Positions 1 through 9,883 of a stretch of 64,000 nt of DNA are shown here, one piece after another. Made by a program: the position numbers and the translations under genes. Position 1 is the stretch's first letter, and every line of letters begins with the position of its first letter. This stretch comes from a virus (Duplodnaviria > Caudoviricetes), in the IMG/VR virus record IMGVR_UViG_3300002055_000003, positions 10,707 through 74,706 of that record. One strand, written 5' to 3'. The notes beneath the pieces are model-generated. The model saw only the letters and a list, made by a program, of their open reading frames with translations. It ran no database searches and had not been told where the DNA came from.

Positions 1-3000
1 AATCTCTTTGCGATTTTCATTTTGTACATTGAAGTAAAAATAATCAGGCAATGTCCAATCGCCAATCCACTCTCCTGTTTCAGACAAATTATTCTGCTGG
101 CTTGTAAGCCACATAGTCTGTGCAAGCTCATCAACTTGTTCATCAGTAAATGTTGGATTGTTAAATTTTAATAATTCAGTCTGTCCTGTAGTATAAGCGA
201 CTCGTTCAATATTATATTCTTCTTGCGTTCTTCCATTCCAATCCTTTTTAACTGGAACGTAATCATTATTCGCCTTTTTCCATATAGTACTAATGGCTGG
301 ATTTGAAATAGAAATTTCAACAGAAGTTATTTCGACAAAATTACCAGCTTCATATATAAACAATTTTTCTTGATTGGGGCTGAACCATACAAGACCATCA
401 AATAATACATCTGGTGTTTCATTTGAAACTATTGCTCTTTTGAATGTATCTCCTTGAACAAATTTATCATTCCACACACCATTATTGTTTTTATATACTA
501 CTGAATCACCAACCCAATACTCATTGGTTGGTGTTGTTGCGTATGCATACAATTGATTTGAATCACTAATTAATGATTGTTCAAATGTATAATTTTCTGT
601 CAATGAATCAACTTCAACTCGCAAACCCAATTCAGTCGCAATGGTTTGTTCTTGATTTGTTTTAAATGCAAACAACGGTGCTGCAATATTTGCATTAGTC
701 CCATCAACATTATATAGACTAAATTGCGGATATTGATTTGTTTCCGTCTTTATCTGTTCTGTTTTTTTGTACCTAACCGCACTAATCAGTGTTTTCCTAT
801 CATTAAAAGGCGTTTGGGTGTATTCACTATCATTTTCTATAGTTCTCACCCTAATGTTAGTCAATCCATGATCTTCCAATGCAGATGTGCCAATTTCAAT
901 CAAAATTTCATCAAGAGTTGATAGCACTACATCAGAATCTACTTCAATACCAATCACAAATTCATTTGTAGCTGTATCTTCTATCTCAGAATATCCGCCA
1001 TATAAACGCACTCCATTTAAATACACACGAAGATCGTTTTGGTCTAGAATAATTTTATCTCTAAGATTACTATTTGCAAACTCAAATGTTCTATTCGACG
1101 CATCTGCAACAATAAATTTTTGAGCATATTTACCTTCAACGTATGAATAAAGTAGTGGTCCGGTAGGTAAACCAGTTATTGGATGGTTTGGTGGGAATGG
1201 AAATTCTGTCGCATCATCATCGATATCATTCAAAAAGTTTCTAGGAATTGATATACTTGGAACCTCATTGAGAATACCGCCATAGACCCATTGAGTGTCA
1301 TACCCAATCCACTCATCACCATGTACAGTAAACTTCGGCTGAAATGCTGTTACAGAAGCATCCACTGGTGTTGTGGTGGTAACTATAGTATTCCATTCTT
1401 TGTCATTGGTGTTGTATTTAAATTCCGAACTTTCAACAATTAATTCATTTGCACTACTATCTGAAAAAATGTATCCAGTAACAAACGTATCAGTAACATC
1501 TCCAAATTTATGATCAAGTATGATTTCCGTATTTCCGTTTGATAATACAAACAAATCAAAATCAATTAATTCAAACAATGTTGGACTAACTTCAGAAAAA
1601 TTAAAAACTCCAGATGCACCACTACGATACCGCCAATTGTGGTTTACTTCCAAATATTCATTCAATTCAAGGCCGCGAAAAAATTCTATAATTGGATAGT
1701 TTGCTTGTCGTGCTGACGCAAAATTTTCTACATCCGCTCTATGCACCCAACTATTTGACATCGACCATTGTGATTCTGCTTGTGGAACTTCTGTACTACA
1801 ATCCTCGGAAAAATCAAGAAGTTCTGAATTTGTAACAGAGTCTAATACCAACGAAAAGTTATTATATATTACTTTCCATGTTGATGAATCATATTTAAAT
1901 AAAGTATCCGAATCTGTCGCATACCACAATTCACCATCTGTGCCGGGAGCACTAGGATCATCAGTATTAGAGATATTAGCAATCAGGGTATTATAACTAC
2001 CATTCCAAATATCGGTTGTAGATGAATTATCGTCCCAAAGACCCGTATCATATGTTGAAGTTTCACCAGATTCACAGGCTACAACACCTGCTGCTATACT
2101 AATTTGCTCAACCAATGAAATTATACCGCCTGTTCGAACATCAGTAAATGTTCTATCAATTTCTATCACTGTGCTATCTGAAATTAATTCAGAATTAGAA
2201 ACAGATATAAAAGAACCATTTAAATCTTCATTATCAGTGTCTTTGACGAATGCAACAAAGCCATTTTCAAACAATAGAGTAAAATCGTCTGCTATTTCAA
2301 ATCCATTAAACTGGAAATACAAAACTTGACCAATCACTTCATTACCGACAATGCTATTAGCTTCTACTGATAATGTGGTTACATTGCTTCCAGATACATA
2401 AACTGGACTGGTGATTAGTTTAACTTGACCGTTATTACTTACTGTATTTCTTATTGTAATATAGTCACCGTCAGATATGATATTTGATGCATCCCCAGCC
2501 ACAGTCACCGTGTTATTTGTTGCATCAATAGATGCAATTGTAAATGTTTGGGTGGGTTCTGCTTCACGAAGACCGATTATTGGAAAAGTTTCGCCATATC
2601 GTTCAGCAATATTCCTAAGAGTACTTAATCTAACCCGCGCTTCATTCAGCACACTCTTAATTGTTATATATTCTGGTGTGCTGTTGGCATCAGGATTAAC
2701 CCAAAAGTAATCTCTAAAGTGTATTAATTTGTCAATATCGATTGGTGGAACCCAATTATATTTTTCAGTCTTCCCCCACTCTGAAAATTGTTCCATATCA
2801 ACGCCCTGTTCCTCCAGTTCATTGATTACATCAACCCATGACATATATCTTTTTTCAGTGCCCAATATTGCCGATATAATTGGCTGTAGTTGATTAGCCT
2901 GTGAAATAATCGAATCTTCGATTATTTGACGAGAATTTATTGCACTAGTATTTCGCTTTCCAATATAACCATCAACAAAAGCAGTTTCTTTCTTGGAAAG

Positions 3001-3114
3001 AAATCGATTGAACGTATTCTCCATAATAGATTCGTTCGTCTCAGACTGGTATGGCGCTGGGAGAAGTTTATCTATCCGAGTTCTTAATTTTTTATAGTCT
3101 GAATTATTAGCCAC
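1..3114 (-). CDS. Very large virion structural protein (baseplate/tail-associated), truncated by the left window edge; absent from the ORF track
   Basis: GTG at 3112-3114 preceded by AGGA. Reads MANNSDYKKLRTRIDKLLPAPYQ...YNWVPPIDIDKLIHFRDYFWV and the same frame ends ...DWTLPDYFYFNVQNENRKEI at position 1 (at least 1038 codons; both ends translated by hand, middle not checked codon by codon). A TATAAATA late promoter lies upstream and the gene follows gp6. Confidence 0.8.
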   Translation of the reverse strand, partial: MANNSDYKKLRTRIDKLLPAPYQSETNESIMENTFNRFLSKKETAFVDGYIGKRNTSAINSRQIIEDSIISQANQLQPIISAILGTEKRYMSWVDVINELEEQGVDMEQFSEWGKTEKYNWVPPIDIDKLIHFRDYFWVNPDANSTPEYITIKSVLNEARVRLSTLRNIAERYGETFPIIGLREAEPTQTFTIASIDATNNTVTVAGDASNIISDGDYITIRNTVSNNGQVKLITSPVYVSGSNVTTLSVEANSIVGNEVIGQVLYFQFNGFEIADDFTLLFENGFVAFVKDTDNEDLNGSFISVSNSELISDSTVIEIDRTFTDVRTGGIISLVEQISIAAGVVACESGETSTYDTGLWDDNSSTTDIWNGSYNTLIANISNTDDPSAPGTDGELWYATDSDTLFKYDSSTWKVIYNNFSLVLDSVTNSELLDFSEDCSTEVPQAESQWSMSNSWVHRADVENFASARQANYPIIEFFRGLELNEYLEVNHNWRYRSGASGVFNFSEVSPTLFELIDFDLFVLSNGNTEIILDHKFGDVTDTFVTGYIFSDSSANELIVESSEFKYNTNDKEWNTIVTTTTPVDASVTAFQPKFTVHGDEWIGYDTQWVYGGILNEVPSISIPRNFLNDIDDDATEFPFPPNHPITGLPTGPLLYSYVEGKYAQKFIVADASNRTFEFANSNLRDKIILDQNDLRVYLNGVRLYGGYSEIEDTATNEFVIGIEVDSDVVLSTLDEILIEIGTSALEDHGLTNIRVRTIENDSEYTQTPFNDRKTLISAVRYKKTEQIKTETNQYPQFSLYNVDGTNANIAAPLFAFKTNQEQTIATELGLRVEVDSLTENYTFEQSLISDSNQLYAYATTPTNEYWVGDSVVYKNNNGVWNDKFVQGDTFKRAIVSNETPDVLFDGLVWFSPNQEKLFIYEAGNFVEITSVEISISNPAISTIWKKANNDYVPVKKDWNGRTQEEYNIERVAYTTGQTELLKFNNPTFTDEQVDELAQTMWLTSQQNNLSETGEWIGDWTLPDYFYFNVQNENRKEI

Positions 3115-3140
3115 GAAAATCCTATTAAACAGTTTTGATA

Positions 3141-3156
3141 GATGTATTTATACATC
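3141..3156 (-). promoter_or_regulatory. T4-type late promoter TATAAATA inside a 6-bp inverted repeat (GATGTA-TAAA-TACATC)
   Basis: Minus-strand TATAAATA at 3145-3152, about 30 nt upstream of the GTG at 3114. Confidence 0.7.
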
Positions 3157-3177
3157 CTGTTTTTTTCAAAATTTGTG

Positions 3178-3555
3178 CTATTTTAACAAATCAGAAACCG
3201 AAGTTTTACCCCAAAATCGACAGCTCCAATAACGAGCAGATGTTTTATCCTTTGCAGTTGAGCAGTTATGTCGATCTCTAAATGCTTGGCGGCGCTTTGG
3301 ATCATCACGTTTTATTTCAAGACCACCCTTTGATGGCTTACTATCTCCAAAACGAACAACCACAACATTACCTTTATCATTTTTGACATATACCTTAAAT
3401 TTTTTCTTACCACCAGTATCTCGCATTGGTTTATTGAGTTGTACCGTCTTTCCTTGATATTCTGCTTCCGTCAATTCAGTAGGAGCCATAGCTTCTAATA
3501 TAGAATCTTCATATAACTCTTCTTCTTCTATTAAATAATCTTTAAACGATCTCAT
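3178..3555 (-). CDS. Conserved T4-like phage small protein (KFKVYVK...FG...RRxxFRxRHNC...ARYWSC..W family), function unknown
   Basis: Motif AEYQGKTVQLNKP...KKKFKVYVKN...FGD...RRQAFRDRHNC...ARYWSCRFW is typical of T4-like/cyanophage hypotheticals; acidic N-terminus. Confidence 0.7.
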   Translation of the reverse strand: MRSFKDYLIEEEELYEDSILEAMAPTELTEAEYQGKTVQLNKPMRDTGGKKKFKVYVKNDKGNVVVVRFGDSKPSKGGLEIKRDDPKRRQAFRDRHNCSTAKDKTSARYWSCRFWGKTSVSDLLK

Positions 3556-6500
3556 TGATTCAGAGTCTCCGCATTAAGGCTTGTTACAATATCAATATTT
3601 GATGATGTAATATCTGGAATAAAAATTTCATCATCACGAGCTTGAATTTGATACAAATCACCAAACTGTGTGTTATTATCTTCTGGTACAAGTACTATTG
3701 TTTGGATATTTGCATTTAATTCTGCATGTATGGCTGCTGCCAATTCACTAAAATAAAACGTCTCACCGAAATTCCAATTAGAAGAATCAAAAAAACTAAT
3801 AACAACACTTCTAATTCTATTTTTTATATCATTTTCAGATGCCGTATTTTGGGGTGATAGAATCACTTTAAATCGGGCGCGGTCTGCGGATGCTGCTTTA
3901 TTGCCAAATAATACCCGTAGGCTACCTGAATGCATGACAACTGTATCTGAAATCATTTTACTTTTAAGTAGCGTTCTGAATGTCCTAGACAAAGTATAAC
4001 TACTTGGTTTCTCTGGAGCACTAGTAATTACATTGTTTATGTACGCATTGAAATCTCTGTAATAACCGTCTGTGATAACAAAAATATCAATTATATTACT
4101 GGGCGCAGGATCAATTAGTGATAAACGTGGTGTTGAATGAAACCATGAAAAATTCATAGGGAATCTTCCTTCATATCTAATATACCTACGCTCACTTTCT
4201 GCTGATGTTTGTTCTTGAAAATATAGAAGTCTTGTTGCATCACTATCTTCTGCAATAGTCCACGGATCATTTACTGTTTCACGAACAAGATACACATATC
4301 TGCGTACTTTAATTCTAAACAAATCATCTAACTGTGCTTCTGATGCTAAAATTTGAATCCAATTTCGAACAACCACTTCTGGCGAAGCATCACTGGGAGT
4401 GCCCAGATTTGGTGTTGTCCAACCTGAATTAAATAATAATCGTGTTGTTACTCCAGCACGAGTTCGATAAATTTCAACATCTTCATCTTCAAATCCCTGC
4501 AAATAAGCTACGGACGACTCTAGTGTAAGTGGTTGACCGTCATTTGTACCAAGAACCGTTGCATCTGGGTATCTGGCGACACCGGGTGAAATTTCAGTTG
4601 GTATTTCAGATACATATTCAATAAAACTTCCAAATATCTCTGCTTGGTTTATATTATCTGGAATATCATCGTTGTTTTTATCGACGGGTAAAATACTTAA
4701 ACTATTGATAGTATCAAAATCATCATTTAATGATTCTTGCCTAACAATATTGTATCGTATATCCTCTGAAAGTAATGCAGTGCCATCAACATTTTTATTA
4801 GCAGATAGTACTGTAATAACATCATTCTCACTTAAAAGAGAGTTCATGTTTATTACTGCATCAGTTCCATTTTCATTCCAGAATCTAGTAGTATCACTGT
4901 ATGCGATTAACGAATCAGTAGCTTGATAAATTGTCCACCCACTATGGGTATTTCCAGCTTCAAATTCAGGAATTATCTGAAAGACTAATATATCATCTAC
5001 ATTTGGTGATGGATTGGTTGTATTTGATGCATCAACTGGAAATACCCATAAATCGCGGGATGGTGAATAATAAAGATTTAATGTTGATCCAATCGTTCCT
5101 GACGCATTAGTGTTATTCACGATTCTATCTAATTCTTCAGAAATTCGAGTAACTTCTGGCTTATCTGCTGTTTCTAAGAATAGCGTTCTATATGTTGTAT
5201 TGCTTTGTTCAATTATCTCAAGTCTTGAAGCCGCCATCAAGAAAAAATCTATTGTCTCAAGACGAGGTTGTACATAATTATTCAGTAACTCGATACCAGT
5301 TATTGCTTCATTTACCACTTCCGTTTGACCGTTAATGGGTGCTTCCCTTTTTCGAAAAATAGCAAGATCATCACCAAATAATTTAACATCTTCATAATAT
5401 TCTTTTGGATCATGCCATGCAATATATTTTGAGTCACCTGCAAATGTACGATTAATTGCTTGAAGTTTGACAATACGAGGGTCTTGTAACATATAACTAT
5501 TATAATCTCGTGCATTGACCATACGATCCTGCGTATAATAAACTGATGGTGCTACACTTCTTATATGTTCTAAAGTTTCACTAGCACTACTATTTTGTAA
5601 TGAATTCACTAATGAAAATGTGAATGTGAATGTTTGAGTTATATTATTTGCATCTAGATATACAAATGAAACCGTTTCGTCTGTTATTGATGACTTTGGA
5701 ATAGTTGTAGTATCATTTGCTGACGTTCTAAACCAAATGTCAAAAGCTCCATTAGGGATATCAGAAAATTCACCATCACCGAAGATAATTTTTATTTGAT
5801 CATTGTCAAGTGTTTCAACGTCAACCTTTCGGCGACTCTCGGTTGTGTTAAATGCGATATTTTCAATACTATCATCTCCAATAATATCCCATTCACCATA
5901 GCGAGTATCTGTATTTGAAAAAAATGTTTCAAATGGATCATTGATGATAATTGATCTATCATCTTGATTTACGTTATTAACGAAAACATCAGTTTGGTTT
6001 ATATTGTTAACAGGTATGGTATATGTTTGATTCGGAGTAATTCCATCAAAAAATGCTTGGCGGCGTTGTAGAGTTCCTTGTTTTGTTAACATCAAAAACC
6101 CAGTAGTATCAGAAGCATCACCCAGACCATCAGATGCGTACATAAATGTAAAATTTGATCTAACTTCCGGTCGGCGCTCAACTGGCCCATCTTCTTCTAA
6201 CGCGACTGGAACTAATTCCATATCAAAATTGATATCTGATACTGTTACTGAATATGGAAATGTTACACTCGTTTCTTGATTTCTCGATGCGTTTTTAAAT
6301 GTATACAACTCAAATAAAACATTATCAACTTGAGTTCGACTATCAGCGCCCACCGAACCAAAATTTTGCGACATTACTTGATTCATAATCAATAAAAATT
6401 GATCTTTCCATTTTTGATTATTAGTATCGTTCCAATTAATTCTTCGATTTGCTAGATTAATTCCATCAACATCCCGAATCGCTTCGGTAGTTTTAATAGA

Positions 6501-6848
6501 TGTAATCTTGGTCAAGCCTCGATGTGGAATATTTCTGTATGGTTTATATGAAATTAGCTTTGCAAGACGCAATATAGATTCTTTTCGCTGTGCAGTTGAA
6601 AGAAAATTCTCCTGAGCATTCATATCTAAACGATAAGAGATGAGTTCCCCCACATACGCAAAGGTTTCAATAATAGCAATTAATTCCGAAGATTCAATAA
6701 AATCATCAAAATCTTCGACATAATAAACTTTTAAGTAATCAACAAGAGATCGTTTGATTGTATTATAATCAAAAGCGTTAAAATTTATCTGCGAGAATGC
6801 TTGATGAACTGTTTCATATGTTTCTGCGGAAGCTATCTGTCTACTCAT
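3552..6848 (-). CDS. gp6: Baseplate wedge protein, T4 gp6-like (1098 aa, with a large internal insertion)
   Basis: N-terminal AFDYNTIKRSLVDYLK...LSTAQRKESILRLAKLISYKP, middle ETLEHIRSVAPSVYYTQDRMVNARDY, C-terminal WNFGETFYFSEL; lies downstream of gp25. Confidence 0.85.
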   Translation of the reverse strand: MSRQIASAETYETVHQAFSQINFNAFDYNTIKRSLVDYLKVYYVEDFDDFIESSELIAIIETFAYVGELISYRLDMNAQENFLSTAQRKESILRLAKLISYKPYRNIPHRGLTKITSIKTTEAIRDVDGINLANRRINWNDTNNQKWKDQFLLIMNQVMSQNFGSVGADSRTQVDNVLFELYTFKNASRNQETSVTFPYSVTVSDINFDMELVPVALEEDGPVERRPEVRSNFTFMYASDGLGDASDTTGFLMLTKQGTLQRRQAFFDGITPNQTYTIPVNNINQTDVFVNNVNQDDRSIIINDPFETFFSNTDTRYGEWDIIGDDSIENIAFNTTESRRKVDVETLDNDQIKIIFGDGEFSDIPNGAFDIWFRTSANDTTTIPKSSITDETVSFVYLDANNITQTFTFTFSLVNSLQNSSASETLEHIRSVAPSVYYTQDRMVNARDYNSYMLQDPRIVKLQAINRTFAGDSKYIAWHDPKEYYEDVKLFGDDLAIFRKREAPINGQTEVVNEAITGIELLNNYVQPRLETIDFFLMAASRLEIIEQSNTTYRTLFLETADKPEVTRISEELDRIVNNTNASGTIGSTLNLYYSPSRDLWVFPVDASNTTNPSPNVDDILVFQIIPEFEAGNTHSGWTIYQATDSLIAYSDTTRFWNENGTDAVINMNSLLSENDVITVLSANKNVDGTALLSEDIRYNIVRQESLNDDFDTINSLSILPVDKNNDDIPDNINQAEIFGSFIEYVSEIPTEISPGVARYPDATVLGTNDGQPLTLESSVAYLQGFEDEDVEIYRTRAGVTTRLLFNSGWTTPNLGTPSDASPEVVVRNWIQILASEAQLDDLFRIKVRRYVYLVRETVNDPWTIAEDSDATRLLYFQEQTSAESERRYIRYEGRFPMNFSWFHSTPRLSLIDPAPSNIIDIFVITDGYYRDFNAYINNVITSAPEKPSSYTLSRTFRTLLKSKMISDTVVMHSGSLRVLFGNKAASADRARFKVILSPQNTASENDIKNRIRSVVISFFDSSNWNFGETFYFSELAAAIHAELNANIQTIVLVPEDNNTQFGDLYQIQARDDEIFIPDITSSNIDIVTSLNAETLNQ

Positions 6849-7638
6849 TTAACCATCTCTTAGTATCATTATCACTATTTAGCCTACTTGTACATGAATT
6901 GATCAGTGGATAAATTACATCCTTAAAATATTTTCGCGTAACTGATTTCTTCATACTTGCTTTGAATTTGGTATATGGAACTCTATACACATGTATACCA
7001 ACCTGTGATGACATTTTATCTTTCCATTTGTCTGCTTTTTGTATTTCCAAAAGATAAGACTTACCACCCCATTCGCGTATTGGCTCAAAATGCTGCCTAC
7101 CATCAATCTCTATATTCATTTTAATTGATGGTATTAAGAAATCGTATCTTCGAGTACCATTAGTCGTTTTCAAATGGGGCTGTGGGCAATCGCGCAAGTA
7201 TGGTAATGATGGAAAAAACTCCTGTAAATACTCCTCAAATAAATCTTCAGTCAAGTTATTATGACCGCATTGTGGACATCCTTTTCCACGTAAATGATTA
7301 TTTGGTGTTTGTTTAAAATCACCATGTTTTGGACATGTTATAGTTACATGCTGATAACTTCTTTCATATATTGTACTATCGTATGAATATTTAAATGTGT
7401 GTATTTTATTTGCATTGTCAATAAATTCGGCAGTTGATAGTGGTACAGAACCAGCACACTTATGACATCCTTTTCCACGTAAATGATTATTTGGTGTTTG
7501 TTCAAAATCACCATGAATGTTACAGTGTATTGTTAACTTATTTTTAGTAAGTGTATATATCGATTTATCATACCCATATAAATCACCATGAACATTAACA
7601 GCCTTTTTAACAAATTCTTCAGTAGTAAGTTTTTGCAT
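6841..7638 (-). mobile_element. Free-standing putative homing endonuclease: two zinc-ribbon repeats (DUF723-like) plus a C-terminal PD-(D/E)xK/Vsr-like nuclease
   Basis: Repeats C..HGDFxQTPNNHLRGKGCxxC; nuclease motif RYDFLIP...IEIDGRQHF; wedged between gp25 and gp6, overlapping the gp6 start. Confidence 0.75.
7275..7515. repeat. 52-bp direct repeat (7275-7326 and 7464-7515, one mismatch, 189-nt period) encoding the duplicated zinc-ribbon unit
   Basis: GACATCCTTTTCCACGTAAATGATTATTTGGTGTTTGTT(T/C)AAAATCACCATG occurs twice. Confidence 0.9.
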
Positions 7639-7640
7639 AT

Positions 7641-8012
7641 TTAAGCTTCGAACTGAAGATTCAGATCAAGGGTATCAGTTCTATCTAATTCAACATAAAA
7701 CAATATGGCAGATGCTTGTACTGCACTTTCGTCGGCATTGACTTGCATATCAAAATCCACTAGTTGCACTCGGGGATCGAAATCAAAAACAGTACGCAAC
7801 TCATCTTCGATAAGTTCAGTAGTAATGTCATCTAGTGGTTCAAAAAGTATTTCAGGTATTAATGTTCCAAAATTTGGCATCATTACTCGGGAGCCACGAG
7901 ATGTAAATATATGAGCGATTAAATCAGTTTTAACTAATTCTAAATCAGTTTGAACGAATTGTTTGTTTTCTTGAAATTGATAACTCGAAAACCCTTTATA
8001 TACTGATGCCAT
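7641..8012 (-). CDS. gp25: Baseplate wedge subunit, gp25-like
   Basis: YKGFSS...DLELVKTDLIAHIFTSRGSRVMMPNFGTLIPEILFEPL...FDPRV is a canonical GPW/gp25 sequence. Confidence 0.92.
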   Translation of the reverse strand: MASVYKGFSSYQFQENKQFVQTDLELVKTDLIAHIFTSRGSRVMMPNFGTLIPEILFEPLDDITTELIEDELRTVFDFDPRVQLVDFDMQVNADESAVQASAILFYVELDRTDTLDLNLQFEA

Positions 8013-8059
8013 TGTAGATTACTCTCCATAAGCATATTTATTGTATTGAACTTATAAAG

Positions 8060-9883
8060 TTAACGTCGCCATCTCACATTCCTGTTAAAATCTTTATTAC
8101 GTTCTACGCTACCAGTACCAGCATTTGGATCAGTCGAGATATATTCAGAAATCGAGTCAACATCATCATCTAATATAGCAAACAGATCAAGGGTTGATTC
8201 TCCTGTGGATTCTTTATCAGTCTCTTCTAATTTTAAATATGTTCGTGTAAATGGCTCATGTTGCGGAACCCTAGAAACGAAATTTGCAGGCAATTCTTCA
8301 GCGGTGGAGCCAGATGATTCTATAGTAGTCGCTATTGGAGCTACTATGGGTGCGGGTTCTGGTGTTGGTGTTGGTGGTGTCACTGGCAGGGCGGCAGCAC
8401 TTGGAACAGGTGGAGGAGATGGTATTGTTCCTGCTGCGTGTGCTGGCAATGGAACCATATGCAAATGTGAACGAAGACTTACATTACCGGCGACAACATC
8501 TGCTGATGATGATAATAACCCAGTAGTTGAAATGGAACCCGTTGAAGACATTCCGCCAGATGCTGAGATGCCGCCAGATGCCGATAATGAACCCGTAGAC
8601 ACAGAACCGGTGAACACTGCGCTTGGAGCAGTTACGACTCCATCGGCGCTTACGTTTGCTGCTGCGTGTACATTTCCCTCAGAAAATATATCTCCGGTTG
8701 CCTTTATATTAGTGCCATCAAAATCATACCCATCACTTTTCATTTTATATGAAGGTGTTGTTAGATCATATGAAGATATTGCAGAGATTACAATAGAATC
8801 CGACGTTTGATCGAATTTTCCTGCTACTGTTGCAATAAAGTCCGTGTCTGCTTCCAATTTAATGTTATTAGAATGAATTTTTAAATCAGCGTCTGTTTTG
8901 ATATGAGTATCAGTCTTTGAATGCATTCGAATATCATCACCAGATGTCATATGAATACCATTTTTTGCACCCATTCGTATTTTGTTTTGGGCATATAGGT
9001 TTATATCGGCATCTGACTTTATTGATATGTCTTCTTCACCGTAGATATCAATACCACCCTTTTCATCAATCTCAATCCATGTTTTACCTTTTGATGTACT
9101 AATATAGATTCTTTCATTGGTATCATCTAAAATTACCTGACTTCCTGCGGTAGTACGGAAACGCATTCGACAACTATTTGGATCATCATCCATTGAGATT
9201 GAATGAAATCCGGGTGTTGTAATCGAATGTATCTTTGATCTTCCGTCTACATATCCCTGCGTTCGATCTACTGTAGTACCATCTGGATTTTCGATTGTCT
9301 GTTCTTGTTGATCTGCTTCGGCAGAAGCTACAATTCGATCTCCGAATTGATTTTCTGGATAGGCGGATACTTGTCGATCCATCGCTCGTGTTGCATATTC
9401 AGCACTTTCCCTATCACCATTAAACGCTTCCCCAAGGTTTGATGACAATGGCTCAATATCACCTTCTTCAGAAGTCTTTGGTTTTCTATCATCCAAATAA
9501 CGACCGTGTGGAAGAGTATGAGAAAAGAATAATTCTGGTACACTACCAAGCCATACTCGTTGATTTGGATCATTATCAACTAATGTAACTAATACTTGAC
9601 TACCTACTTCTGGTATCGTCCATTGACCATATGATACATGACCGTCTGAAGTTACCTGATCAACTCCACGAGGTAGATTGTTGGTCACTCCGAAAAAAGG
9701 AGAACACATTCTTGTAGGAGGAAGATTTTCTAATGGTGTATTTCCATCTAACCATGCCTGACATCTAACGTAAATTCGACCCAATTGCATAGCATCAGTA
9801 ACACTCTCAACAATACCAATAGTCACCATTGGATATGTATGAGTATTTTCCATATCCGATGCTGATTTATAACGTCCTTTCAT
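8060..9883 (-). CDS. Baseplate central spike, gp5/VgrG-like (OB-fold plus beta-helix), no lysozyme domain
   Basis: GIVESVTDAMQLGRIYVRC, PEVGSQVLV, HSISMDD...MRFRTTAGSQVILDD, Ser/Gly beta-helical repeats, HLH tip motif, then a Pro-rich linker and RVPQHEPF. Confidence 0.8.
   Translation of the reverse strand: MKGRYKSASDMENTHTYPMVTIGIVESVTDAMQLGRIYVRCQAWLDGNTPLENLPPTRMCSPFFGVTNNLPRGVDQVTSDGHVSYGQWTIPEVGSQVLVTLVDNDPNQRVWLGSVPELFFSHTLPHGRYLDDRKPKTSEEGDIEPLSSNLGEAFNGDRESAEYATRAMDRQVSAYPENQFGDRIVASAEADQQEQTIENPDGTTVDRTQGYVDGRSKIHSITTPGFHSISMDDDPNSCRMRFRTTAGSQVILDDTNERIYISTSKGKTWIEIDEKGGIDIYGEEDISIKSDADINLYAQNKIRMGAKNGIHMTSGDDIRMHSKTDTHIKTDADLKIHSNNIKLEADTDFIATVAGKFDQTSDSIVISAISSYDLTTPSYKMKSDGYDFDGTNIKATGDIFSEGNVHAAANVSADGVVTAPSAVFTGSVSTGSLSASGGISASGGMSSTGSISTTGLLSSSADVVAGNVSLRSHLHMVPLPAHAAGTIPSPPPVPSAAALPVTPPTPTPEPAPIVAPIATTIESSGSTAEELPANFVSRVPQHEPFTRTYLKLEETDKESTGESTLDLFAILDDDVDSISEYISTDPNAGTGSVERNKDFNRNVRWRR

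Noticed and set aside
724-2710. Plus-strand ORFs 724, 887 and 2477
   Set aside because: Antisense shadows of the real minus-strand giant ORF 1..3114.
8205-8810. 201-aa plus-strand ORF
   Set aside because: Antisense to the low-complexity Ser/Gly/Pro part of the spike gene; no SD or promoter.
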